This document shows positions 29,246 through 39,081 of a stretch of 64,000 nt of DNA, piece after piece. Positions within the stretch are counted from its first letter, which is position 1. Every line of letters starts with the position of its first letter. Below the pieces are notes generated by a model that was not told the origin of the DNA, did no database searches, and saw nothing but the letters and a program-made list of their open reading frames with translations. The position numbers and the translations under genes are program-made. The DNA comes from Anaeromyxobacter sp. (GTDB lineage Bacteria > Myxococcota > Myxococcia > Myxococcales > Anaeromyxobacteraceae): positions 64,001 through 128,000 of the forward strand of contig JASGJN010000023.1 in assembly GCA_049840735.1 (NCBI GenBank). Reading direction: 5' to 3'.

Positions 29246-30708
29246 GGCTGGCCTCCGTCGACGGTGGGCGGGGCCGCGGCGTCGCCGGTCGGCTCCAGCC
29301 CTTCCAGCCCGAGGTAAGGGTCCTCCAGCCTGGCCAGGCGCGTGCGCCAGGCCGCCAGCTGGGCCGGGGAGGGCGGTGAGAGTGAGCCGCCCCTGGGCTC
29401 GCCGAGCAGGATCACGACCGGTGCCCTGGGCCCCATGACCTGCCGGGCTTCACGCAGGAAGCGGAGCGTGGCCGCGTCGGCGGGCTCATGGGCTTCGGCC
29501 AGGAAGACCAGCCCGGCGCGGGGAGCGCCGCCCAGGACCTCGGCCGCGCCGCCTTCCCACGCCGGTCCGCCGGCCGCGAGCACCGGCCGGGCTCCGGGCT
29601 CCGACGAGCCCCCGAGCCGCGCCTCGAGCGCCGCCTGCACGCGGCCGTCCAGGGCGGCCTCGCGCCAGCGCACCACCGTCCACCCTGCCACCTCGGCGCC
29701 GCTGCCGTCCACGGCGCCCAGGCGGCGCAGCACCGCGCGGGTCTCGGCGTCGCTGGGCGGCAGCGCGGCCAGCGCGCGGTGCCGGCGCCAGGACGCCAGG
29801 AGGAGCATGCCGGCCCGCGGCAGGAGCCCGTACACCAGGAGCGCCGCCAGGAGGAAGGGCCACCAGTCCCCGCGCAGCGCCGGCGCCAGCGCGGTGCCCT
29901 CGTAGCGGCCGTCCAGGTGCCAGTAGCGCGTGGCCTCCACCACCTGCAGCGACGGCACCGCCTCCGGGAACGCCCAGCCCCACGGCAGCGCGAGCCGCGA
30001 CACCACCGCGTGGAAGCGGGCCGGGGCGAGCGTGGAGAGCGTGGTGCTCCAGCAGAAGGCCACGTCGGTGAAGGTGATCAGGCGGAGCAGCGCCAGGGCC
30101 GCCGCGACGTTGAACGCCACTCCGAACGACTGTCCCAGCGCGAAGAGCTGCCACTGCTCCAGCCGCGCGTAGAGCCGGCGGCGCGCGCGGAGGCGCCGGC
30201 CCAGGGTCTGCCACTCGGTGAGGGCCGGGCCGCGGCGGAGGCCGAGCCTGGCGAGCCGCCGGACCAGCGAGGCGAGGAGCTCGCGGAGCGGGCCCGGCGC
30301 GGCCGACCGCGCCGGACGGGCCATCAGGGCCGCGGCCAGGGCGGTGAAGAGGAAGAGGAGCAGCTGGAGGAAGACGAAGCCGAGGAGGAAGCTCCAGACG
30401 TTGACCGGGTCCGGGCGCGAGAGCTCCACCAGCCCCGTCATCGCGCCCCAGCCGAGCGCCAGCCCGGACACCACCAGGATCAGGCGCGCCGAGCGGAGCG
30501 CAGCCTCCACGCGATCGCCGGGGTGGAGCCGGTTCGGCTCGGCCGACCGCAGCGCCGAGAGCCAGCGGCTCAACGCCTCCGCCGCCGGTAGCCCGGCGAG
30601 GCGGCCCTCGGCCGCGATCCGGGCGTCGCGCGCGGCGGCCGGGCCGCGCGGGGCGGCCTCGTCGCGGGCGAGCTGGGCTTCGAGGTCGACGAGGTCCGCG
30701 AGTCGCAT
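29242..30708 (-). CDS. DUF2868-like membrane protein
   Basis: TM segments, PVNVW, D.AF.WSTTL, WWPFL...YGLLPR; 4-nt overlap with the GTPase-like gene. Confidence 0.75.
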   Translation of the reverse strand: MRLADLVDLEAQLARDEAAPRGPAAARDARIAAEGRLAGLPAAEALSRWLSALRSAEPNRLHPGDRVEAALRSARLILVVSGLALGWGAMTGLVELSRPDPVNVWSFLLGFVFLQLLLFLFTALAAALMARPARSAAPGPLRELLASLVRRLARLGLRRGPALTEWQTLGRRLRARRRLYARLEQWQLFALGQSFGVAFNVAAALALLRLITFTDVAFCWSTTLSTLAPARFHAVVSRLALPWGWAFPEAVPSLQVVEATRYWHLDGRYEGTALAPALRGDWWPFLLAALLVYGLLPRAGMLLLASWRRHRALAALPPSDAETRAVLRRLGAVDGSGAEVAGWTVVRWREAALDGRVQAALEARLGGSSEPGARPVLAAGGPAWEGGAAEVLGGAPRAGLVFLAEAHEPADAATLRFLREARQVMGPRAPVVILLGEPRGGSLSPPSPAQLAAWRTRLARLEDPYLGLEGLEPTGDAAAPPTVDGGQP

Positions 30709-30916
30709 CGGGGCAAGTGGAGGAATGTCGTGAGCCTATCAGAGTGGACTTCACTGGGGGCCGGCGTTCACGCTGGGCGAGGTTGGGGGGGCGCACGGTC
30801 CCGTCCGGGCGCATCCCGGCCCGGTGCGGCACGCCTCGCCAGGGGGAGGTGCCGAGGGGCTCGCGCAGGCCTGGAACGGCGCTTCTCGGGGGAAGCAGCG
30901 CGGGCCGCCGCCTCGA

Positions 30917-31724
30917 TCACCCCACCAGCGCGGCCCTCATCGAGAGCGACGACATGTCGAACCCCTCGAATCGGGAAGCGCACCGGGTCCTCCGCGGTGC
31001 TCGCGCCGGCGACGTAGAGCAGGGGGAGGTAGTGGTCCGGCGTCGGCGCTGCCAGCCGGCCGTGCTCGGTGTCGAGGAGCCGGACGAGCTCGTCGCCGTC
31101 GTGGCGTGCGAGGGCCTGGGCGACCTCCTCGTCGAAGGCACGGGCCCAGTCCGGCGTGGCGGTCTCTCCGCGCTGCCAGGCGCCGAACGCGTGCCGGAGG
31201 TTGTGGACGAGGTTGCCGCTGCCGAGGATGAGGACGCCCTCGTCGCGCAGCGGCGCGAGCGCCCGGCCGATGGCGAGGTGCTCGCCAGGCGGGAGCCGCG
31301 CGTCGAGGCTGAGCTGCACCACCGGCAGGTCGGCGGCTGGCCGCAGGTGGACGAGCACGGACCAGGTGCCGTGGTCGAGCCCCCACTCCGCGCTGAGCGA
31401 CGCGCGCCGGCCCTCGAGGAGCCCGACGGTGCGGCGCGCGAGGGCAGGATCCCCCGGCGCCGGGTACTCGATGCGGTACAGCGCATCCGGGAACCCGCCG
31501 AAGTCGTGGATGGTCTCGGGCTGCTCGTCCCCGGTCGCGAAGGTGCCGTCTGCGTACCAGTGCGCGGAGATCGCCAGGATCGCCTTGGGGCGGGGCAGCG
31601 CGCGGCCGAGCTCGCGGAAGGCGCGGCTCCAGGCGTTGTCCTCGAGCGCGTTCATGGGGTTGCCGTGCCCCAGGAACAGGGCGGGCATGCGCTTCGTGTG
31701 CGTCGCGGTGGATGTGGTTGGCAT
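30917..31724 (-). CDS. ygiD: 4,5-DOPA extradiol dioxygenase (LigB/YgiD family); +1 frameshift near 30970
   Basis: MPALFLGHGNPMNAL, ISAHW, TIHDFGGFP, GLDHGTW, SGNLVHNL, PTPDHYLPLLY; tail SLSMR in the shifted frame. Confidence 0.9.
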
Positions 31725-31787
31725 GGTCTTCACTCCGCTGATCTAATGCCGGCCGGAATGGGCAACAATCGCCGTTCGTGAGAGACT

Positions 31788-31807
31788 CTGTTCCTCTTCT
31801 GCAACAA
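31788..31807. promoter_or_regulatory. Putative LysR operator between ygiD and lysR
   Basis: CTGTTCC-N6-GCAACAA; same spacing as the perfect palindrome at 33464. Confidence 0.55.
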
Positions 31808-31832
31808 CGCAGCGGGCGCCTGGAGGGCCGCG

Positions 31833-32729
31833 ATGGACCTGAACCACGTCGTCGTGTTCGAGGCGGTGGCCCGCACGGGCAGCTTCTCGGCCGCGGCGAA
31901 GGCGCTCGAGATGCCCAAGTCGTCCGTGAGCCGGGCCATCGCGCGCCTCGAGAACGAGCTCGGGGTCCAGCTCCTGTTCCGCACCACGCGCAAGGTCTCG
32001 CTCTCCGAGGCCGGGACGGCCCTGTACGACCGCGTCACGCCGCTCCTCCGCTCGATGAAGGACGCCGTGTCAGGGCTCCCGGAGCGAGGCGAGGCGCCGT
32101 CGGGTACGCTGAAGGTCACCGCCCCCGTGGACCTGGGGGTGCTCTTCCTCGCCGAGGTGCTGGCCCGCTACGCGTCCCGCTACCCGGGCGTCTCGGTGGA
32201 CCTGCACCTCACCGGGCGGGTGGTGGACCTGGTCGGTGAGGGGTTCGACGTCGCGCTGAGGGTCGCGGCGAAGCTGGCGGACTCCACGCTCATCGTCCGG
32301 CGAGCGGCGCCGATCCTGTTCCAGCTGTTCGCCTCGCCAACCTACCTGGCGCGGCGGGGGACGCCGCGGACCGCCGAGGAGCTGGAAGCCCACGACTGGG
32401 TCGCCTTCCGCGGCGGTCCGCAGAAGCTCCGGGTCGCGCCGGTGCGGGCGCCCGGGGACCGCCCGCCGCGGATCGTCTGCGATGACCTCCTGTTCGTGCG
32501 GGACGCCGTGAAGGCGGGCGTCGGGATCGGGCTGCTGCCGACCTTCGTGGCGGAGGGCGACGTGCTGGCCGGCTCGCTGGTCCGGATCCTGCCGAAGTTC
32601 GAGCGGACCGCGGGGAGCCTGTACGTGGTCACCCCGTCGGCGAAGCACGTCCCGGCCAAGGTGGTCGCCTTCCGCGACCTGGTCATGGAGCTGCTCCGGA
32701 GCAGGACCGGCGCCGCCTCCGGCGCCTGA
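31833..32729 (+). CDS. LysR-family regulator (CrgA/DmlR-like)
   Basis: GSFSAAA..L.MPKSSVSRAIARLE..LGVQLL.RTTR; VDLVGEGFDVALR. Confidence 0.95.
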   Translation: MDLNHVVVFEAVARTGSFSAAAKALEMPKSSVSRAIARLENELGVQLLFRTTRKVSLSEAGTALYDRVTPLLRSMKDAVSGLPERGEAPSGTLKVTAPVDLGVLFLAEVLARYASRYPGVSVDLHLTGRVVDLVGEGFDVALRVAAKLADSTLIVRRAAPILFQLFASPTYLARRGTPRTAEELEAHDWVAFRGGPQKLRVAPVRAPGDRPPRIVCDDLLFVRDAVKAGVGIGLLPTFVAEGDVLAGSLVRILPKFERTAGSLYVVTPSAKHVPAKVVAFRDLVMELLRSRTGAASGA

Positions 32730-32825
32730 GCGCGGACGCAAGCAGGGCGAGCGCGGCGCAGGAGCGCCGGCTCACCCTGGTCAGGCCGGGAAGTGAACGG
32801 GTCGACGCGGTCCTGGGCGGGCGGC

Positions 32826-33368
32826 TCAGGCGGCGGACGCGGCGGCCTTCTTCACGGCCTCGAGCTCGATGGTGATCTCGACCTTCTCGCCGACGAGCAC
32901 GCCGCCCGCCTCGAGCGCGGCGTTCCAGACCAGGCCGTACTCGCGGCGGTCGAGGGAGGCCTTGGCGGCGAAGCCCGCCCGCTCGTTGCCCCACGGGTCC
33001 TTGCCCGTGCCGGCGAACTCGGCCTCGAGGACGACCTCCTTCTTGACGCCGTGGAGCTCGAGGTCGCCGGTGACGCGGTAGCCCTCGCCGGCCTTCTCGA
33101 TCTTCCGCGAGCGGAAGGTGAGCTGCGGGTACTTCGCGACGTCGAGGAAGTCGGCGGAGCGCAGGTGCGCGTCGCGGTCGGCCACCTGCGTGTCGATGGA
33201 CGCGGCGTCGATGGTCACCTCGACCGAGGAGCGGGTCAGGTCCTGGGGGTCGAGCTGGACGGCGCCCGCCCACTTGGCGAAGCGGCCGTGCACCTTGGAG
33301 ATGACCATGTGGCGCACGTGGAAGTGGATGGCGGAGTGGCTGACGTCGATGTCCCAGTGGTTCGTCAT
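32826..33368 (-). CDS. yceI: YceI family protein
   Basis: WDIDVSHSAIHFHVRHM, RDAHLRSADF, GDL.LHGVKK, KDPWGNERAGF. Confidence 0.93.
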   Translation of the reverse strand: MTNHWDIDVSHSAIHFHVRHMVISKVHGRFAKWAGAVQLDPQDLTRSSVEVTIDAASIDTQVADRDAHLRSADFLDVAKYPQLTFRSRKIEKAGEGYRVTGDLELHGVKKEVVLEAEFAGTGKDPWGNERAGFAAKASLDRREYGLVWNAALEAGGVLVGEKVEITIELEAVKKAAASAA

Positions 33369-33463
33369 GTTCGGGTCCTTTCTGGTGCCCAGGTCCTGTC
33401 GTCGTTGACGGAGGGAATCTGACGCTGTTCCAGGGCGAGCGCAATGCTGGCTCATGGACTTCT

Positions 33464-33483
33464 CTGTTCCAGTAGCGGAACAG
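33464..33483. promoter_or_regulatory. Putative LysR operator upstream of yceI
   Basis: Perfect inverted repeat CTGTTCC-AGTAGC-GGAACAG; extra half-site CTGTTCC at 33425. Confidence 0.6.
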
Positions 33484-33617
33484 TCATGGCGCCCGCGCAG
33501 GCGAGGCGAATGGCCTGCAGATCGGGCGGTCCCCCGCGTATGCTCCCCAGACGCATGCGCCGCTCCCGCAGCTTCGTCGCCCTCCGCCGCGCCTCGACCT
33601 CCGCTCCGGTAGACTCG

Positions 33618-34451
33618 ATGACGGCCGCCGTCATCCACTACAGCAGCCACGCCGCGGGCTGGACCGGCGTCTCGGCCGAGGAGGGCCGGGTGCCGAGCTG
33701 GGAGGTGCGGGACGTGACCGCGCCGTTCCTGGCGCTGTCGCTCAACACGGCCGCGGCCCCGCTCCACCTGGAGCGACGCGGCGACGGGGGGCGCTTCCGG
33801 AGCGCGGTGATCCCGGCGGGCGCGATCTGGCTGCAGCCGCCGGGTGAGGTCTTCTCGCACCTGGTCCCGGGGCCGGTGCACTACGGGCTGGTGACCCTCG
33901 ATCCGCGGCGGGTCGCGGAGGCGGCTGGGCTGGACCGGCTGGCGCTCGCGCCGGCGTACGATCTCGAGGACCCGCGCCTGGTGGGGCCGGTGCGCGCGCT
34001 CCTGGCCGAGGCGGAGGGCGGGGCGAAGGCCGGCGCCTTCTACGCCGACTGCCTCCGCGCCGCCATCGGCGCGTTCCTGGCGAGCGCTGGCCGCGGGGCG
34101 CCCCGGGAGCTGCGGCGCGAGCCGGCCCGCCTGGACGGCCGGGCCATCCACCAGCTCCGCGACTACCTCGCCGCGAGCTTCCGCGAGGGACCGAGCCTGG
34201 GGGACATGGCCAGGCGGGTGGGGGTGAGCGAGTCGCAGCTCCTGCGCGCCTTCCGCCGCACCACCGGGGAGACCCCGCACGCCTACCTGATGCGCCTGCG
34301 CCTGGAGGCGGTGCGCGATCGCCTGCAGCGGGGCCGCGGGACGCTCGCCGAGATCGCCGCCGAGCTCGGCTTCGCGGACCAGTCGCACATGACCCGCCTG
34401 TTCCGCCGGCGGTTCGGGCTGACCCCGGGGGCCTTCCGCCGCGGCGCCTGA
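33618..34451 (+). CDS. AraC-family transcriptional regulator
   Basis: SL..MA...G.S...L.RAFR..TG.TP..Y; LAEIA.ELGFADQSHMTRLFRR.FG.TPG. Confidence 0.93.
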   Translation: MTAAVIHYSSHAAGWTGVSAEEGRVPSWEVRDVTAPFLALSLNTAAAPLHLERRGDGGRFRSAVIPAGAIWLQPPGEVFSHLVPGPVHYGLVTLDPRRVAEAAGLDRLALAPAYDLEDPRLVGPVRALLAEAEGGAKAGAFYADCLRAAIGAFLASAGRGAPRELRREPARLDGRAIHQLRDYLAASFREGPSLGDMARRVGVSESQLLRAFRRTTGETPHAYLMRLRLEAVRDRLQRGRGTLAEIAAELGFADQSHMTRLFRRRFGLTPGAFRRGA

Positions 34452-34467
34452 GCGGCTCGCCCGGCGC

Positions 34468-34529
34468 GCAATTCGTTCCAGGCGGCAGCGGTTTCGTTCA
34501 AGAGCCGCGGGCGGGCGTGCGGCTACCTT
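34468..34529 (+). promoter_or_regulatory. Putative AraC-activated promoter
   Basis: TTCGTTC direct repeats at 34472 and 34493 (21-bp period), then TACCTT -10 at 34524. Confidence 0.55.
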
Positions 34530-34609
34530 CCGCGTGCACGGCCTGCCCGGGCGCGCTCGGCGCGCGGGCGGCGCCGGGCGAAAACCTCACGCCAACGGAA
34601 CCACGGAAC

Positions 34610-35149
34610 ATGAAATCCACTGCCGGTGCATTCGCGATCGTCGCCGCCCTCTGCCTCGCCCCCGCCGCCGCCCACGCGCAGCTCGGCGGGCTGGGCAAGC
34701 TCAAGGACAAGCTCCCCGCCGCGGGCGGCGACAAGGCGGCCTTCGCGGACTCGAAGTCCATCCAGCCCGACGCCTGCATCTCGAACGTCGAGGGGCGGGT
34801 GCGGTCCATCGTCGAGACCTACTACCCCAACTTCAAGAGCAAGGGAGTCTCCTACCTGGGCGACGGACAGCTCTGGTTCATCCGCAAGGACTTCGAGGCC
34901 GCGATGAGCTTCTACACGAGCGGCGCCAGGGGCTACCACGCCAGGGGCATCACCTGCGACGTCGGGCCTGCCCAGGCCAATCCGCGCTACGTGGCGCTCA
35001 AGGCCAAGCTCGACGACGCCGAGGCCAAGGTGAAGGAGATGGAGGCGGCCAAGGGATACGCGTTCGTGAGCTGCGAGGACGACACCATCCTCTTCAAGGA
35101 GCTGAAGACGGGGAAGGCGCTCTCCGCCGACGAGTCGAGCAAGGTATAG
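34610..35149 (+). CDS. Secreted hypothetical protein
   Basis: Signal peptide ending AAHA-QLGG; strong GC3 bias; 3 Cys in mature part. Confidence 0.8.
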   Translation: MKSTAGAFAIVAALCLAPAAAHAQLGGLGKLKDKLPAAGGDKAAFADSKSIQPDACISNVEGRVRSIVETYYPNFKSKGVSYLGDGQLWFIRKDFEAAMSFYTSGARGYHARGITCDVGPAQANPRYVALKAKLDDAEAKVKEMEAAKGYAFVSCEDDTILFKELKTGKALSADESSKV

Positions 35150-35198
35150 GCCGTGCGCCGGGGGCCCGCGGGAGACGGCGCCGCAGGCCCCCGGCCGG

Positions 35199-35642
35199 TC
35201 ACCGGCTCGCGGCGAGCTCGAGGAGCCGGGTGTTCCCGGTCTGGTAGAACGCCTGGAGCGTCATCTCGCCGATGCGCCAGCCGCCGGCCCGCCGGACCAG
35301 CCGGAACACGTAGTGCCCGGCCACCACCCACTCCTCACCGCCGGGCGCATCCTTCAGGAAGTGCCAGGCCCGCACGTGGCAGTGCGCGGTGGCCGCGTCG
35401 CCCTCGAGCGTCACGTCGACGGGGCCGAGGAGGTGCTGGGTGACGACCGGCGTGAGGAGCTTCTGCCAGCCGGCGACGAGGGCGTCGGCGGGCCCGAGCT
35501 GCGGGGCGCCGCCGAACAGCGAGGTGTAGTCGGTCCGGACCTGATCGGCGTAGAGGGCGCGCAGCTCGGGCCAGCGCTTGGCGTCGATGGTGTGGGCGAC
35601 GTCGGCCACGGTGGACTGCACCAGCTCACGATCGGTGGACAT
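35199..35642 (-). CDS. SnoaL/NTF2-like protein
   Basis: ID.KRW..L..L.AD.V..DY, TQHLLG, GHY...L.R..GGWRI. Confidence 0.88.
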   Translation of the reverse strand: MSTDRELVQSTVADVAHTIDAKRWPELRALYADQVRTDYTSLFGGAPQLGPADALVAGWQKLLTPVVTQHLLGPVDVTLEGDAATAHCHVRAWHFLKDAPGGEEWVVAGHYVFRLVRRAGGWRIGEMTLQAFYQTGNTRLLELAASR

Positions 35643-35671
35643 GGGCCTCTCCGTCTGGAAGGGCGGGCCGC

Positions 35672-36556
35672 TCAGAGGGTGGCTCGCAGGTGCGCCACGG
35701 CGGCCGCAGTCGCGGCCGTGACCGTGGCGGGGTCGTCGTAGAAGTGGAACTGCGTGCCAGGCAGGCTGACCACGTCGTGCGGGACGGTGAGGCCGGCGGC
35801 GAAGCGGGCAGCGCCGCCAGGGGTGGCCGTGCCCGGGCCGGTGATGAGACGCACCGGGACCTTCACCTGCGGGGCCAGCGCGACGGGGTCGAAGCCGAGC
35901 CACTCGGTCCAGGCCATCACGGCGAAGCGGTTGCTCCACTGCGGGACCGCGCCGCGGCGCGGGTTCAGGTAGTAGTCGAGCGCGTCGCCGGGCCAGTACA
36001 TGGCCGCGGTGGCGTCGGTGGCGCTGGCGGCGGGGACATGGCGCACCTCGCCCGTCCGGGCGTGGTGGGCGCGGGCCGCCCTGGCGGCCTTGAGCCGCTC
36101 CGCCACGCCGGCCTCGCCCCCGTAGATCTCGCGCACCAGGGCGGCGTCGTGGAGCCAGGGCGCGACCATGGCCACGGTCCGCACCGCCGGATCGCCGGTC
36201 ACCGCCTGCGCCAGGTAGCCGGCGCTGGCGCAGATGCCGAGCGCGGCCACCCGACCCTCCACGCCGGGCCATCCCGCGAGGAAGGCGGCCGCACTCCGCA
36301 GGTCCTCGACCTTGGCGGCGGCGGACTCGACGTCGCGCGCCGGACCGTCGCTCTCGCCGAAGCCGCGAAAGTCGAAGGTGAGGGCGGTGAAGCCGGCCTC
36401 CGCCAGCCGCGCGGCGTAGACCGCGGGCATCTGCTCCTTGACGGTCAACCAGGAGCCGGTGACCAGCACGCCGGGGCCGGTGGCGCGGCCGGCGGGACCG
36501 AAGAGGCGGCCGACGAGGCGCGCTCCCTGGCTGAAGGAGACGGGGGTGGGGGTCAT
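35672..36556 (-). CDS. Alpha/beta hydrolase
   Basis: GSWLTVKEQM, FDFRGFGES, LGICASAGY, C-terminal HFYD. Confidence 0.88.
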   Translation of the reverse strand: MTPTPVSFSQGARLVGRLFGPAGRATGPGVLVTGSWLTVKEQMPAVYAARLAEAGFTALTFDFRGFGESDGPARDVESAAAKVEDLRSAAAFLAGWPGVEGRVAALGICASAGYLAQAVTGDPAVRTVAMVAPWLHDAALVREIYGGEAGVAERLKAARAARAHHARTGEVRHVPAASATDATAAMYWPGDALDYYLNPRRGAVPQWSNRFAVMAWTEWLGFDPVALAPQVKVPVRLITGPGTATPGGAARFAAGLTVPHDVVSLPGTQFHFYDDPATVTAATAAAVAHLRATL

Positions 36557-36562
36557 GTGGCG

Positions 36563-36601
36563 AAGCTAGCGGCGGGACCACCCGGGCGCTTGAACGAAAC
36601 C
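36563..36601 (-). promoter_or_regulatory. Second putative AraC-type promoter (leaderless)
   Basis: Minus strand GGTTTCGTTCAAG-N20-TAGCTT-N6-ATG; same 13-mer as at 34490-34502. Confidence 0.55.
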
Positions 36602-36754
36602 GGCGAGCGCCCGAGATGGAAGAATCCGCGCGCACGCGCGCTTCACCGTGGGCCGCCGGCCCCCCGGGGGTCGACCGCCCGGCGAGGCCGCTCCCGCCCG
36701 CCGCCATGGCGGGCGAGAGCGACCCATGGCTCGCGCCGGGCGCGCCGCCGCCGG

Positions 36755-37477
36755 CTAGACCGGCGGTCCGCTCGGGTGGCAGGTGTAGCAGGACCGCCCG
36801 GAGGTGCCGCCCTTGAAGTCGGCGCCGTGGCAGGCCTTGCAGCTCACGCCGCCATCGGTCGAGGCTGCGTGCTGGTGGCCCGCCAGCCAGCCGCCGGCCA
36901 TGCTGTCGTCGTGCGAGAAGCTCACGGCCTCGACGATGCCGTTCACGTGCTCCCCGCCGGCGACGTCCAGGGACCCGTCGTCGTTCATGGTGCCGGGGTG
37001 GCAGCCGGTGCAGTAGGCGGTGGTCACCTGGGGATGCTCGTTGGCGGTGGGGGGCATGCCGTGGCAGGTGCCGCACGCGGCCTGGGCGGCCCCGCCGGGC
37101 CAGGCCGGGGACGTGTTCGAGCCGGCCGAGAGGCCGCCGCCGTGGCAGTAGACGCTGGAGCAGGTCTTGCTCCCGGGGTCGTAGCTCGGGACGAGCCCGC
37201 CGTGGGCGGCCAGGTCCCCGGCGGCGGTCGCGAACGCGACGGAGACCGGCAGCTCGGCGTGGGCCGTGTCGGTGGGCACGACGTGGCACTCGCTGCAGGC
37301 CACGGGGCCGGCGACGGCCCCACCTTGCAGGTGGGCGGCGTGGGCGCCGGTGGCGAGGGCGGTGGTCGCGTGGCAGCTGGTGCAGGAGGTGGAGGCGGAG
37401 TCGTTGCCGTTGCCGCCGCAGCCGGTGGCCAGCAGCGCCACCGCCGCGAGCGGCGCCAGGGGGGTGAGGGTACGCAT
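36755..37477 (-). CDS. Multihaem c-type cytochrome lipoprotein (CxxxxCH/CxxCH type), 7 haem motifs
   Basis: Lipobox LATGC; CTSCH, CSECH, CSSVYCH, CGTCH, CTGCH, CKACH, CYTCH. Confidence 0.9.
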   Translation of the reverse strand: MRTLTPLAPLAAVALLATGCGGNGNDSASTSCTSCHATTALATGAHAAHLQGGAVAGPVACSECHVVPTDTAHAELPVSVAFATAAGDLAAHGGLVPSYDPGSKTCSSVYCHGGGLSAGSNTSPAWPGGAAQAACGTCHGMPPTANEHPQVTTAYCTGCHPGTMNDDGSLDVAGGEHVNGIVEAVSFSHDDSMAGGWLAGHQHAASTDGGVSCKACHGADFKGGTSGRSCYTCHPSGPPV

Positions 37478-37554
37478 GAGGAGAAGCCTTTCTCGAAGGG
37501 ACCCAGGTCCGGCGGGACGCGCCCGCCGGACCTGGCGTGCAGGGTTGGACGGCG

Positions 37555-39081
37555 CTACTTCCAGGCGGGCTCGGCGGCCATCTTCGGCCCGGCGATCTGC
37601 GCGAGGACCATCCCGCCCGCCGTGCCGGCGCCCGCCGGGTAGTGGGTGGCGGCGATGTGCGCGCTCGAGGCGCCCACGGCGTAGAGGCCCGGGATGGCCT
37701 CGCCGGACGGCTTGAGCACCTGCGCGCTCGCGTTGATGCGGAGCCCGCCCGTCGAGAGCGTGAACACCGCGGCCTTGCTCGCGACCAGCGCGTGGAACGG
37801 GCCAGCGGCGATGGGCTGGAGCAGGCTGCCCGGCTTGTGGAAGTCCGGGTCCGTGCCGTCCGTCTCGATGTTGGCGTTGTACCTGGTCACCGTGGCCGTG
37901 AGCTTGCCGGTCGGGATCCCCAGCTTCGCCGCCAGCCCCTCGAGCGTCTCGTCCGACACCACCGCGGGGCTCCCCTGCATCGAGCCGGGCAGGGAGGTGA
38001 ACAGCGCGTCGTCCATGACGTAGAAGAGCGTCGGGTAGACGTGGAGCAGCCAGGCGCCGACCTCGACGGCCGAGGCGTCCTCCGAGTAGAGCCGGTCGCC
38101 GGCCGGCGTCACGGCGATGGCCTTGGCCAGGCCCAGGTAGCGGCCGCCTCCGAAGTGGACCGAGGTCGCGTACTCCTCGGCGTGGTTCATGCCCGCCACG
38201 TCGGCGCCGACGGCCTGCGCCATCTGGATGCCCTGGCCCAGGTCGTGCCCGCTGCCGCCCTGGAAGCTGCCCTTCGTGAAGGGCAGCCAGCGCGCCACCA
38301 TCTCCGCGTTGTTGATGAAGCCGCCGGCCGCCACGCAGACCGCGCGATTGGCCTTGTAGAAGACCTCGGCGTCGGAGCCGGCGGGCCGGGCCGCGACCCC
38401 GACCACGCGGCCCGCGTCGTTGACGATGAGGCGGCTGGCGCTGGTCTCGAACACGAGCTGGGCGCCTGCGGCCCGGGCGGCTCCGTCGAGCAGCGGCCAG
38501 AGCGTGGCGGCCCCGCCGGTCACGTTGTGCTGGTGGAGCGGGTGGGAGCCCTGGCCGTAGATCGCGTCGTAGACGGCCTGGTCCTCGCTGTCGCCGGGCA
38601 CGAGCGACTCGACCTCGTACGCTGCCCCGATGCTCACGAGCCAGTCGTACGTCGCCTTGGCGTTGTCGGCGAACGCCCTGAGGATGCTCTCGTCCGCGCC
38701 CTCGCCGGCCGTGAGCTTCAGGAACTCGAAGTACTGGTCGGTGGTCTCCGAGTACCCTGCCGCCAGCTGGGTGGCCGTCCCGCCGCCGAACTGCTGGCCG
38801 CCGCCGTTGACGGCGGACGCGCCGCCGCCGGCCTTGGTGGTCTCGACGATGAGCACCGAGGCGCCCGCCTTGGCGGCGTGGACCGCCGCGGTGGCGGCCG
38901 CGCCACCGAACCCGATGATGACCACGTCCGCCGCAGCGGCCCACTTCGGCTCCTCCCAGCCGGCGCTCGAGCTGGAGTCGTCGCAGCCGGTGAGGAGCGT
39001 CGCGCTCGCGACGGTCCCGCCCAGCACGGCCGCGCCCTGCCGCAGGAAGTGCCTGCGTCCCTGCATCACGTTGTCTGCCAT
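37555..39081 (-). CDS. Tat-exported lipoprotein flavoenzyme (FAD_binding_2; ketosteroid-dehydrogenase-like)
   Basis: GRRHFL twin-Arg signal with lipobox LTGC; DVVIIGFGGA; GGASAVNGG; AAGGF; STGGLRIN..QVL...GEAIPGLYAVG; HYPAG. Confidence 0.88.
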   Translation of the reverse strand: MADNVMQGRRHFLRQGAAVLGGTVASATLLTGCDDSSSSAGWEEPKWAAAADVVIIGFGGAAATAAVHAAKAGASVLIVETTKAGGGASAVNGGGQQFGGGTATQLAAGYSETTDQYFEFLKLTAGEGADESILRAFADNAKATYDWLVSIGAAYEVESLVPGDSEDQAVYDAIYGQGSHPLHQHNVTGGAATLWPLLDGAARAAGAQLVFETSASRLIVNDAGRVVGVAARPAGSDAEVFYKANRAVCVAAGGFINNAEMVARWLPFTKGSFQGGSGHDLGQGIQMAQAVGADVAGMNHAEEYATSVHFGGGRYLGLAKAIAVTPAGDRLYSEDASAVEVGAWLLHVYPTLFYVMDDALFTSLPGSMQGSPAVVSDETLEGLAAKLGIPTGKLTATVTRYNANIETDGTDPDFHKPGSLLQPIAAGPFHALVASKAAVFTLSTGGLRINASAQVLKPSGEAIPGLYAVGASSAHIAATHYPAGAGTAGGMVLAQIAGPKMAAEPAWK

